This document shows positions 9,072 through 17,066 of a stretch of DNA of 64,000 bases, piece by piece. The stretch covers positions 224,001 through 288,000 of the forward strand of contig OY970195.1 in NCBI GenBank assembly GCA_963708185.1. Reading direction: 5' to 3'. Made by a program: the position numbers and the translations under genes. The stretch's first letter is position 1, and each line of letters opens with the position of its first letter. A model generated the notes under the pieces. It saw nothing but the letters and a program-made list of their open reading frames with translations, was not told where the DNA came from and did no database searches. This stretch comes from Candidatus Peregrinibacteria bacterium. Lineage in GTDB: Bacteria; Patescibacteriota; Gracilibacteria; UBA1369.

Positions 9072-9582
9072 CACGTATCTCTATGTTTCCATAAAGGGTG
9101 GACTATATCTTCACCTTTCCCGCTTATGGCGGGATTCAGGTGCGTCTGTATCTAGTCTCTACGGTGCCCCTCACATTTTCGAGGGTTCCCACGGTATTGG
9201 CTTGGTCGTGTCGCGACGTTAGCTTTCACCGTTATCCAGACGAGTTTCATCCCCGATTTCGCGGGGAAGCTGCGTTATGCCATTTTCGACCTCACGGTGA
9301 CAATTCGCACAAAGTAAGACACAGATATCGAGTTCCTTTTGTACCTTTTTCCAACTTCTTGTGTATCCCTTTGCAGAGATGCCAAAATTTTTTTCGTTGA
9401 GAAAATGGTGGAACTCGAGTGCTTCGATGCACGTATTGTAGCCGCAAAGCTGACACTGGCCGCCTTTATACTCAAGTGCTTGTTGCCGGAGCAGTTTCCT
9501 GCGTTTGGCTACAGCTTGTTTCAAGTATTCAGCGCGGTCGGCATAGGATCTTTTATCTTTCATTGAGAGAAGATAGTGTTTC
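9072..9582 (-). mobile_element. Group I self-splicing intron (511 nt) in the tRNA-Asn anticodon, between positions 35 and 36
   Basis: 5' exon ends in U and the intron ends in G. IGS GCAGC (9273-9269) pairs with exon GCUGU, giving a U.G pair. P3 CGTCTG/CAGACG; P4 ACGGTG/TACCGT; P7 GACTA/TAGTC; S motif AAGATATAGTCC; P9 CTTTATG-GAAA-CATAGAG. Confidence 0.93.
9219..9563 (-). CDS. Intron-encoded HNH homing endonuclease (114 aa)
   Basis: 'KGGQCQLCGY...ALEFHH...ELDICVLLCANCHREV': CxxC...HH...CxNCH Zn-finger HNH; ATG about 20 nt inside the intron. Confidence 0.88.
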   Translation of the reverse strand: MKDKRSYADRAEYLKQAVAKRRKLLRQQALEYKGGQCQLCGYNTCIEALEFHHFLNEKNFGISAKGYTRSWKKVQKELDICVLLCANCHREVENGITQLPREIGDETRLDNGES

Positions 9583-9623
9583 ACAGCCGGTTGCTCTACC
9601 ACTGAGCTACAGGGGAATGCCGG

Positions 9624-9718
9624 GTTTTCAATAGGCGCGGAACGGCGCCGAACAAGATGGAAAATCGGCTCCAAGAATGGAGCACGGATACTATAGCCAA
9701 GCTGCAGGTAATTTTCAA
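9624..9718 (-). promoter_or_regulatory. tRNA-Asn promoter and boxA-like leader motif
   Basis: TTGAAA (9718-9713), 17 bp, TATAGT (9695-9690); leader GCGCCG..GCGCCTATTGAAAAC ending at 9624. Confidence 0.6.
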
Positions 9719-9725
9719 CGCAATT

Positions 9726-10973
9726 TTATGTGCTGACGAATTTCCAGATTTCGCGACAGACGATCTGGTCCGGACGGTCGTAGATGAGGCCATAACGCTG
9801 GTAGACTTTGAGTCCGAATTTTTTGCTGATGTCCCCCGGAATGATCGGTTCGGCCTTGAAGCCGAGCTTGGCGATATCCTCCACAAGGTTTTCAAGGAAG
9901 AAATAGCGGTCTTTGCGTTTGTAGGCGAGCAGGCTGATCACTACGGGAGTGTCTTTCTTGATGAGGGGTTTGATCGCTTTAAAGAACCGGAACAGGGTTT
10001 CGCGGATGTTGCTGAAGGTTTTTCGCATATTTTCCGGGATGGGGAACTGGCTGACCGGAGGTCCAAGGTAGGATTCAGTGACGATGATGTCCGGAGTTTT
10101 GGGGAGATCTTTTGAGGTAATCTGGGTGGCGTCTTTGGCAAAAAGTTTGGGCTGTGAAGCAATGATGTTGTATTTCTGGAGCATCCAGTCGATGTTTTTT
10201 TGCGCTTTTGCGAGCGCTTCCTGGCTGATGTCGGAACCCATGACTTTATATCCCATGAGCAGCCCTTCGGTGAGGATGGTCCCTACGCCGGTGAAGGGAT
10301 CGTACAGCAGTTTGTCGGTTTTGACGGGTTCCTCCATTGCGGTGACGCCGGAGAGGTTGATCATGATCTGGGCCAGTTTTGGCGGCAGCATACCGAGTCG
10401 GGGATCTCTTCCCGGGCGGTCGTAGTCGCGTTGGCTGTATTTTTCAATATCCTGGAGGGCGACGGTTCGACCGTAAAAATAGTGGTGATTGCCCTGGATA
10501 ATGCTGATATGAGCCCCATCACGGATGAGTTTTTCACCATGGATGGCGGCGTTTTCCACGTTCTTGAAGTTTTTGTTGACGAAGCGGCTTTTGAGGCCGG
10601 CTTTGACGAGCTCTTTTTTGAGCTGAATTAAGGATTTTTTTAAAATTTCTTCATGTCTTTCTGTAAAACTGAAGATGCTTACTCCGTAATTGAGCTTGTT
10701 CGGTCTTCCCTGAAACGTCGTTGTCAGGAATTCGCCCACTGCCGGGACGATGGCAGTTTTTTCTTTCTTTGATTGGGTGAAAACTTCCGCAATGCTGATT
10801 GTTCCGCCAAGACGGTCCAGGCTCGATTGCGGGTTGGTCAGCGGATGGGGCAGCTCGGCGATGAGCGCTTCGGGGACGATATCGATAATTTTTGCTTCCC
10901 GGCCCAGCACGCTGCAGAGTTCCGCAATGGAAAGTTGGTGCTTGCGCCCGAGAATGAATGCGTACATTGCCAT
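9726..10973 (-). CDS. Trm11/UPF0020-like (THUMP + SAM) RNA methyltransferase
   Basis: 'RDYDRPGRDPRLGMLPPKLAQIMINL', 'LYDPFTGVGTILTEG', 'GSDIS', 'IVTESYLGP'. Confidence 0.8.
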   Translation of the reverse strand: MAMYAFILGRKHQLSIAELCSVLGREAKIIDIVPEALIAELPHPLTNPQSSLDRLGGTISIAEVFTQSKKEKTAIVPAVGEFLTTTFQGRPNKLNYGVSIFSFTERHEEILKKSLIQLKKELVKAGLKSRFVNKNFKNVENAAIHGEKLIRDGAHISIIQGNHHYFYGRTVALQDIEKYSQRDYDRPGRDPRLGMLPPKLAQIMINLSGVTAMEEPVKTDKLLYDPFTGVGTILTEGLLMGYKVMGSDISQEALAKAQKNIDWMLQKYNIIASQPKLFAKDATQITSKDLPKTPDIIVTESYLGPPVSQFPIPENMRKTFSNIRETLFRFFKAIKPLIKKDTPVVISLLAYKRKDRYFFLENLVEDIAKLGFKAEPIIPGDISKKFGLKVYQRYGLIYDRPDQIVCREIWKFVST

Positions 10974-10997
10974 ACCCGTGTATCATTTCATGTTTTT

Positions 10998-11207
10998 ATG
11001 AAAAAGCAACAGCAAACTGTTCCTTCAGGGCTTTTGCCGCAGGTTTTGTCCAGGCGTACGATAACGGTCTGTGCGGCTGCGGGGTTTGCGGTCGTGCTTT
11101 TAGCTTTTGGATACGGGTATTTTTTTGGGAGATACCAGCAGATTCAGATCAATAAATCCGTTTTGAAGCCCATCCCGGACGTGAATTGTTCACAAGAAGT
11201 CCATTAA
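10998..11207 (+). CDS. Small single-TM hypothetical protein
   Basis: ATG 10998 (MKKQQQ...), one hydrophobic segment. Confidence 0.5.
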   Translation: MKKQQQTVPSGLLPQVLSRRTITVCAAAGFAVVLLAFGYGYFFGRYQQIQINKSVLKPIPDVNCSQEVH

Positions 11208-11292
11208 AGAATTTTGGCAAGCGTAACTTGTTGTTTTGATATGGCTGAGTTTATATAGTAAGCCATGTTTTTAGTTTTTAATCTCGAACAGT

Positions 11293-11799
11293 ATGGCAAT
11301 GTCTTTGAACCGCGCCCAGATTATCGGAAACGTGACCCGCGATCCCGAACTCCGTCAGATTCCCGGGGGACAGACCGTGGCAAGTTTCAGCGTGGCGACG
11401 AATTTCGTGTGGACCGATCAGTCCGGTCAAAAACAGGAAAGAGCTGAATTTCATAATATTGTGGCGTGGCGCAAGCTCGCCGAAATCGTCGGGCAGTTTG
11501 TGAAGAAGGGGAGTAAAGTCTACGTGGAAGGCCGCATCCAGACCCGCGATTGGGAGGGTGAAGACGGCGTCAAACGCTACCGCACAGAAATCGTCGCCGA
11601 AAACGTCATCATGCTCGACCGTAAAGGCAGCAGCGGTGACGGTGAAATGGGAGGTTATACCGGTGCTCCTCGCAGGGCAGCTGGCATCCAACAGAACCAA
11701 CAGGCAGAGAACCAGCCAGCGGAATCAGGCGGAGACATGGAGAACGCTCCGCAGTCCGCTCCTCAGGATGAAGTGGCCATTGAGGATCTGCCGTTTTAG
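11293..11799 (+). CDS. ssb: Single-stranded DNA-binding protein
   Basis: 'SLNRAQIIGNVTRDPELR', 'KGSKVYVEGRIQTRDW', acidic C-terminal tail 'EDLPF'. Confidence 0.97.
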   Translation: MAMSLNRAQIIGNVTRDPELRQIPGGQTVASFSVATNFVWTDQSGQKQERAEFHNIVAWRKLAEIVGQFVKKGSKVYVEGRIQTRDWEGEDGVKRYRTEIVAENVIMLDRKGSSGDGEMGGYTGAPRRAAGIQQNQQAENQPAESGGDMENAPQSAPQDEVAIEDLPF

Positions 11800-11830
11800 A
11801 TCCGGCTTTCCCGGTGCATCAATGCATATG

Positions 11831-11868
11831 GAAAAAGGGTCCGGTTTATTCTATAAGCCGGACCCTTC
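11831..11868 (-). terminator. Intrinsic terminator, probably bidirectional with ssb
   Basis: GAAGGGTCCGGCTTAT-AGA-ATAAACCGGACCCTTTTTC on the minus strand. Confidence 0.75.
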
Positions 11869-12383
11869 GTAATGCTCGCTGATCTTACCCTATCAGCTGC
11901 TTGTTTGAAGCGCTGAGGATAAAGAAGATCAAGGAGCGATTGGCAACAAGGCTGCGAATAAAGTGTCCCTGTTACCGTCTTCCGGTTAAAAAACTGAAAA
12001 ACATTGCTCCCTACCGTTCTTTGGTGTTTTGTTTTGGGACGCTGGTACACCTGCGTCCTTTTGTGTTTTTGTTTTTTGCGTTTCTCTCCCGGCCGAAGGC
12101 GAGGAGAAGTAAACTTTTTGGTTGAGTGTGTTTTTGATTTTTGTAGGAACCTCCACGTGACCCGCAAAAAAGTTTCTGCGGGAAGTCCGGTGGAGGCTAC
12201 TTTAGGTTGGAGCCAGTTATCGCGCTGGCTGCATCGAAAAGTAGGGAGGCAGAAGCCATTCCCACTGATAGCTTGTGTCTGACTACTTTTCGACGTTTGT
12301 GTTTTCAAGGAGCGGGCGGCGCTATAGAGGGGCGGATTGATAACGTGTCCTGTTTCAGTTCGCTCTTGCGAGCGAAGTTATCC
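11831..12383 (-). ncRNA. Candidate large structured non-coding RNA (about 550 nt, family not recognised)
   Basis: Own promoter (12388-12416), boxA-like GCTCCTTGAAAAC (12313-12301), at least 8 hairpins, A/C-rich linkers and a terminator at 11831-11868; no credible ORF. Confidence 0.7.
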
Positions 12384-12387
12384 TAGT

Positions 12388-12416
12388 ATTCTAGCATTTT
12401 TTTCGCTTTTCTTCAA
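12388..12416 (-). promoter_or_regulatory. Sigma70 promoter for the candidate ncRNA
   Basis: TTGAAG (12416-12411), 17 bp ending in TGC (extended -10), TAGAAT (12393-12388). Confidence 0.7.
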
Positions 12417-12535
12417 TGCTCAGAGAGCGGCGGCGGGACGGGTAATTTTTTTTTTGCTATACTCTTTTCAGGTTTTCAGTTATCATATTATTATAAAATA
12501 TTTTTAAGCTTTAGTCAATTACCCCTGACGCAACA

Positions 12536-13126
12536 ATGAATGGACTTCTGTTTATCATTTCCGGACCCTCTGGCGTCGGCAAGGGGACCGTGATACGGGC
12601 GCTGAAGGAGAAGTATCCGCAGTTTGTTTTTCCGCTTTCCCATACAACGCGCGCCATTCGTCCCGGGGAAAAGGACGGAGAAACGTATCACTTTATTAGT
12701 GTTGAACGTTTTGAGGACGAGATCCACAAAGGGAACTTTCTGGAATGGGCGAAGGTTCACCAAAAGGACTATTACGGTACGTTGAAGAAGCCCATCATGG
12801 ACGCTCTGGAGGCCGGAAAAATTGTCATCCGTGAAGTCGACGTGCAGGGATTTCATTCCATCCGCAACGTGGTACCCAAGGAAAATCTTGTGACGATTTT
12901 TTTGAAAGCCGAGAGTCCGCAGAAACTTCTTGATCGCATTGCCAAGCGCGGGAAATTGCCAGAAGAAGAAATCCAAAGACGTATGGAAAGCGCACAGCAC
13001 GAAATGAAAGATGCTGATCTTTTTGATTATCAGGTGTGGAGTTTGGAAAACCGGATCCCCAAATGCGTGGGCGACGTTGAAAAGATCATTCTGGAGCATA
13101 TTGCCAAGGCGGGCTTGAAGGTTTAA
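12536..13126 (+). CDS. gmk: Guanylate kinase
   Basis: 'IISGPSGVGKGT', 'SHTTRAIRPGEKDGETYHF', 'FLEWAKVH..YYGT'. Confidence 0.97.
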   Translation: MNGLLFIISGPSGVGKGTVIRALKEKYPQFVFPLSHTTRAIRPGEKDGETYHFISVERFEDEIHKGNFLEWAKVHQKDYYGTLKKPIMDALEAGKIVIREVDVQGFHSIRNVVPKENLVTIFLKAESPQKLLDRIAKRGKLPEEEIQRRMESAQHEMKDADLFDYQVWSLENRIPKCVGDVEKIILEHIAKAGLKV

Positions 13127-13180
13127 AACTATTTGGGTACAATCCCGGTGCGGGCGTTTTTAGACGTCAGGCAGCAACGC

Positions 13181-13255
13181 TGGGGAATCGCCAAGTGGTA
13201 AGGCACCGCTCTCTGGAAGCGGCATTCGGGGGTTCGAATCCCTCTTCCCCAGCCA
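13181..13255 (+). tRNA. trnQ: tRNA-Gln(CTG)
   Basis: TGGGGAA acceptor stem, anticodon arm CCGCT-CTCTGGA-AGCGG, GGTTCGAATCC T-arm, CCA end. Confidence 0.95.
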
Positions 13256-13271
13256 TTTTTATTTTCAAACT

Positions 13272-13760
13272 ATGGACAAGCGCATTATCAATATTGATGA
13301 ACTTGAATACGCTCCTTTTCCGGGGCCGATGCCCGAGAAAGTAAAAGAGAAATATGAGGGTTCCAAGTTGGCCTGGATCGGACCGATGATCGGTTCTCAA
13401 AAGCTCGGGTATAACGTCACGATCGTCCCGCCGGGGAAACGGGCGTTTCCTTTTCATAGTCATCGCGTGAATGAAGAGATGTTTTTTATTCTTGAAGGAC
13501 AAGGCGAAGTTCGCATCGGAAATGAAGTGTTCCCCATCAAGAAGGGTGATTTTGTCGCTCATCCGCCCGGCGGACCCGAAACAGCTCATCAGATTGTGAA
13601 TACCTCTCAGGAGGATTTGAAGTATCTTGCCGTCAGTACGAAGTTTTCTCCGGAAATCGCCGATTATCCGGATTCGGGAAAATTTGGCGTTTTGGCGGAG
13701 AACTTTCGTTTCCTTGGCCATCCGGGCGACTCTCTTGGGTATTGGGACGGCGAGGAATAG
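13272..13760 (+). CDS. Cupin domain protein
   Basis: 'VPPGKRAFPFHSHRVNEEMFFILEG', 'AHQIVNTS', 'YPDSGK'. Confidence 0.9.
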   Translation: MDKRIINIDELEYAPFPGPMPEKVKEKYEGSKLAWIGPMIGSQKLGYNVTIVPPGKRAFPFHSHRVNEEMFFILEGQGEVRIGNEVFPIKKGDFVAHPPGGPETAHQIVNTSQEDLKYLAVSTKFSPEIADYPDSGKFGVLAENFRFLGHPGDSLGYWDGEE

Positions 13761-13799
13761 TCGTCCGTCAATTTTTGGATCTCGTTTGTATTTTATGGC

Positions 13800-14396
13800 A
13801 TGATTAACGAAGGTTTTGTCATCGTGGGTGCTCTGATCAGTTTTGTCGGAGGACTCAGCTATTTGATCGATACTGTTTCCGGAAAAACCAAGCCAAATCG
13901 TGTCACGTGGTTGTTGTGGTCGCTGGCTCCGGGGATAGCGTTGGCGGGACAGTTAACTCAGGGAGTCCGGGCGGCTGCGCTTCTTACCTTTATCGTCGCG
14001 TTCAATCCGGCGCTTATTTTTATTGCTTCGTTTTTTAATAAAAAATCTTACTGGAAGTTGACGGGATTTGATTATGTTTGTGGTGCGTTGTCGGTTTTGG
14101 CGATTATCCTTTGGCAAGTTACAAAAGTCGGGAATGTTGCCATCGGACTCAGTATTTTGGCGGATTTTTTTGCAGGTGTCCCGACGATCGTCAAAGCATA
14201 CAGATTTCCCAAAACCGAAAATTATAAAGTATTTTTGGGAGGGGCTGTCGCGGCGATCATTACCTTGCTGACGATCACAACGTGGAATTTTGAAAACTAC
14301 GGATTCGCGGTTTATATTTTGGCGATAAATATTTTACTGGTTTTTTTGATTATGAGCGAAAAGTTTCGTTTTGGTGTTCAGGCAGTGGAAAAATAG
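13800..14396 (+). CDS. Hypothetical multi-pass membrane protein (PQ-loop-like repeat pattern)
   Basis: 'GKTKPNRVTWLLW', 'PTIVKAYRFPKTE'; about 7 TM segments. Confidence 0.75.
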   Translation: MINEGFVIVGALISFVGGLSYLIDTVSGKTKPNRVTWLLWSLAPGIALAGQLTQGVRAAALLTFIVAFNPALIFIASFFNKKSYWKLTGFDYVCGALSVLAIILWQVTKVGNVAIGLSILADFFAGVPTIVKAYRFPKTENYKVFLGGAVAAIITLLTITTWNFENYGFAVYILAINILLVFLIMSEKFRFGVQAVEK

Positions 14397-14426
14397 AATG
14401 GATGTTTAATATCGCGAAGTTTTTTG

Positions 14427-14484
14427 TTGACATTCGTTTAGGTTTAATTACAATACTGTTGCATTTATAATTTTAACAGTATTG
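14427..14484 (+). promoter_or_regulatory. Promoter with inverted-repeat operator upstream of the metal ABC operon
   Basis: TTGACA (14427) ... TACAAT (14449); inverted repeat CAATACTGTT (14451-14460) / AACAGTATTG (14475-14484). Confidence 0.6.
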
Positions 14485-14488
14485 CATT

Positions 14489-15418
14489 ATGAACAGATAT
14501 CTTGCCTTGTCGATGGTGGTGGTCTCCATGGTTTTCTTTGCCGGTTGTTCAAATGGACAAGCTCCGACGCAGACTTTTTCGAATCCGCAAAATACTCAAC
14601 AGACTTCAAAAGTCGTTCAGATTGTCGCCGCTGAAAATTTTTACGGGGATATTGCTCAACAACTGGCCGGCGATCACGCTAACGTGGTGAGCATTCTTTC
14701 CAATCCCGATGAAGATCCGCATGAGTATGATTCAACGGTCCAGGACGGGATCAATGTGGCCAACGCGGACATCGTGATCGAAAACGGTTTGGACTATGAT
14801 ACCTGGATGGATAAGCTCATTGGCGCCTCGCCGAACCAGAACAGGACCGTTATCAACGTTGGCACGATTGCTCCCGATATTCTTCCCGATAACCCGCACA
14901 TCTGGTACGGCGTTGATAACATGCCGGTTATCGCCCAGCAGATTCATGACGCGCTGGTGAAGGCTGATCCGGCTCATTCCGCTGATTACGATAAAAATAT
15001 GGCGACGTTTGACGCTTCCATCGCCGCACTCCTGAATACCATGGATGCGATCAAAAATCAGTTCAACGGGACGCCCGTTGCGCTCACCGAAACGATTTTC
15101 CTTTATCAGACCAAGGCTATGAATTTGAATGTTCTCACTCCGCTGACTTTTGAACAGGACGTGGCGGAAGGGAACGATCCCACTGCGCAGGATATCCAGG
15201 CAGCGAACGACCAGGTCAACAACAAAGCGGTCAAGGTTCTCATCTACAATAAACAGACGGTCACGCCGATTACGACGAATCTTCAGAATGAGGCGAAACA
15301 GCAGGGTATTCCCCAGGTTTTCGTTACGGAAACCATGCCTTTGGGTAAAACTTACCAGACGTGGATGATGGATCAGTTGAATGCTCTCCAACAAAGCCTC
15401 CAACAAGTGGTACAATAG
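14489..15418 (+). CDS. Zn/Mn ABC transporter substrate-binding lipoprotein (ZnuA-like)
   Basis: Lipobox FAGC, 'DPHEYD', 'NPHIWY'. Confidence 0.92.
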   Translation: MNRYLALSMVVVSMVFFAGCSNGQAPTQTFSNPQNTQQTSKVVQIVAAENFYGDIAQQLAGDHANVVSILSNPDEDPHEYDSTVQDGINVANADIVIENGLDYDTWMDKLIGASPNQNRTVINVGTIAPDILPDNPHIWYGVDNMPVIAQQIHDALVKADPAHSADYDKNMATFDASIAALLNTMDAIKNQFNGTPVALTETIFLYQTKAMNLNVLTPLTFEQDVAEGNDPTAQDIQAANDQVNNKAVKVLIYNKQTVTPITTNLQNEAKQQGIPQVFVTETMPLGKTYQTWMMDQLNALQQSLQQVVQ

Positions 15419-15424
15419 CCGAGT

Positions 15425-16195
15425 ATGAAAAAAGATTCCGTCATTTCGATCCAAAAACTTTGCTACAACGTGGGCGGGCGAAGAATCATCCATGAGATGA
15501 GTCTTGATGTTGAGCAGGGCGAGTTTATTGCCATCCTCGGCCCAAACGGTTCCGGAAAAAGTACCTTGTTGAAACTGTTGTTGGGCTTGCTCCGGCCTAC
15601 CAGAGGAAACATATCGATCCTTGGAAAAACTCCCAAAAGAGGGAACAGCATGATCGGTTATGCTCCTCAACATCGCGTACTTGAAGCCGATTTGGCTTTA
15701 CGCGCCCGGGATGTGGTCGGTTTTGGTCTGGATGGAAACAAGTGGGGGATCGGATTTCCCAATAAAAAAAGAACGGAACTTATTACGAATGCTCTGGATG
15801 AGGTCGATGCACTCGGTTTTGCAGATGCTCCCGTTGGACATCTTTCGGGGGGAGAACAGCAGCGTCTGCTCATAGCACAGGCACTTATTACCAATCCGAA
15901 AATCATGCTGCTCGACGAGCCGCTTTCCAACATAGATATCCATCACGGGCAGGAAATTATCTCCCTGCTCAGAAAACTTGCCATGAAAAAGAATGTGACG
16001 ATTTTGTTTGTTTCCCATGACGTAAATCCTTTGCTTCCGGTGATCGATCGCGTTTTGTTCATGGTCAACGGGCACAGCGCCGTGGGCACCACGGACAAAG
16101 TCCTGACGAGTGAAACATTGAGCAAGATTTACAGCACGCCCATTCAGGTCGTGAAGGCTCTGGACCGCATCTTTGTCGTGGGTGCGGAAATTTGA
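15425..16195 (+). CDS. Zn/Mn ABC transporter ATPase (ZnuC-like)
   Basis: Walker A GPNGSGKST, LSGGEQQR, LLDEP, VSHD. Confidence 0.93.
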   Translation: MKKDSVISIQKLCYNVGGRRIIHEMSLDVEQGEFIAILGPNGSGKSTLLKLLLGLLRPTRGNISILGKTPKRGNSMIGYAPQHRVLEADLALRARDVVGFGLDGNKWGIGFPNKKRTELITNALDEVDALGFADAPVGHLSGGEQQRLLIAQALITNPKIMLLDEPLSNIDIHHGQEIISLLRKLAMKKNVTILFVSHDVNPLLPVIDRVLFMVNGHSAVGTTDKVLTSETLSKIYSTPIQVVKALDRIFVVGAEI

Positions 16196-16217
16196 TTTTG
16201 TCCCATAAGGGAAAACC

Positions 16218-17066
16218 ATGCTCGATTTGCTTCAATATCCGTTTATCCAGAACGCCTTTCTCGCCGGTTCGATGGTGGCGGTCGTCGCCGCAGTCATCGG
16301 GTATTTTTTGTTGACGAGGGGACTGACGTTTGCCGGTCATGCCTTGTCGCACATCGGTTTCGCGGGTGCGGCCGGAGCGATCGTTTTGGGCATTGATCCG
16401 GTGATCGGGTTGTTGGTTTTTACGGTTCTGGCGGGTATGGGCATCGGGATTTTTGCGAAAAGACTCAGCGAACGTGATGTGACGATTGGCGTTATCATGA
16501 CGTTGATGCTCGGGCTCGGCGCTTTATTTATTTCGTTATATTCAGGCTACGCCGAGCAGGCCTACAGTATTCTTTTTGGAACGATTCTTGGGATCAGCAG
16601 GACCGACGTTCTGATAACCGCCGTTTTCAGCATTTTTGTTTTGGCCTGCGTTTTTTTCGTGTTCCGTCCTCTGCTTTTCAGTTCTTTCGATCAGGACGTC
16701 GCTGAAGCCAGAGGCGTTCCGGTGAGGCTTCTTTCCGTGATTTTTCTTGTCTTGGTCGGAATCACGGTTTCGATGTCGGTTCAAGTTGTTGGAGTGTTGT
16801 TGATTTTTACTCTGCTCGTAGGACCCGCGGCAACGGCGATACGGCTGGTGCACCGGCCAGTCTGGGCGATAACGCTTTCGGTTTTTCTGGCCCTCTTTTA
16901 TACGTGGTTGGGGATTTTTCTTGCCATCGGGGGCTCGTGGCCGGTCACGTTTTATATCGCCACGATCTCTTTTGCGGTGTATCTGCCGGTCCGTCTTTTC
17001 TCCCGTCATGAACGCAGACGCGACCTGCACGTTCCCGTTTCACACGCTCAGACTTCAGCCTTATGA
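16218..17066 (+). CDS. Metal ABC transporter permease (ABC-3)
   Basis: 'FAGHALSHIGFAGA', 'SFDQDVAEARGVPV', 'VGVLLIFTLLVGPAATA'. Confidence 0.92.
   Translation: MLDLLQYPFIQNAFLAGSMVAVVAAVIGYFLLTRGLTFAGHALSHIGFAGAAGAIVLGIDPVIGLLVFTVLAGMGIGIFAKRLSERDVTIGVIMTLMLGLGALFISLYSGYAEQAYSILFGTILGISRTDVLITAVFSIFVLACVFFVFRPLLFSSFDQDVAEARGVPVRLLSVIFLVLVGITVSMSVQVVGVLLIFTLLVGPAATAIRLVHRPVWAITLSVFLALFYTWLGIFLAIGGSWPVTFYIATISFAVYLPVRLFSRHERRRDLHVPVSHAQTSAL

Larger units (their letters stand above)
9031..9616 (-). tRNA. trnN: tRNA-Asn(GTT), intron-split: 5' exon 9616-9583, 3' exon 9071-9031
   Basis: The joined exons TCCCCTGTAGCTCAGTGGTAGAGCAACCGGCTGT|TAACCGGTAGGTCACTGGTTCGAGCCCAGTCGGGGGAGCCA form a full cloverleaf with anticodon loop CTGTTAA and encoded CCA. 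Confidence 0.95.

Noticed and set aside
9564-9674. N-terminal extension of the HNH ORF (151-aa version)
   Set aside because: It uses a TTG start and reads through the tRNA 5' exon; ATG 9563 is the plausible start.
11796-12308. 170-aa minus-strand ORF (and short plus-strand ORFs) spanning the candidate ncRNA
   Set aside because: The TTG start lies inside the boxA-like motif and the frame runs through the terminator. It stays open mainly because the A/C-rich linkers lack stops. The composition does not look protein-like, and it is not rpmH or rnpA.
11831-12383. RNase P, tmRNA or SRP identity for the structured region
   Set aside because: The RNase P-like fragments (GGGAAGTCCGG and CCGGCTTATAG) lie on opposite strands. 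There are no tRNA-like tmRNA ends and no SRP GGAAGGAAGCAG core.
13167-13721. 184-aa minus-strand ORF
   Set aside because: It is antisense to the cupin gene and tRNA-Gln; 'MAGEEGFEPPN' is the typical translation of a reverse-strand tRNA.
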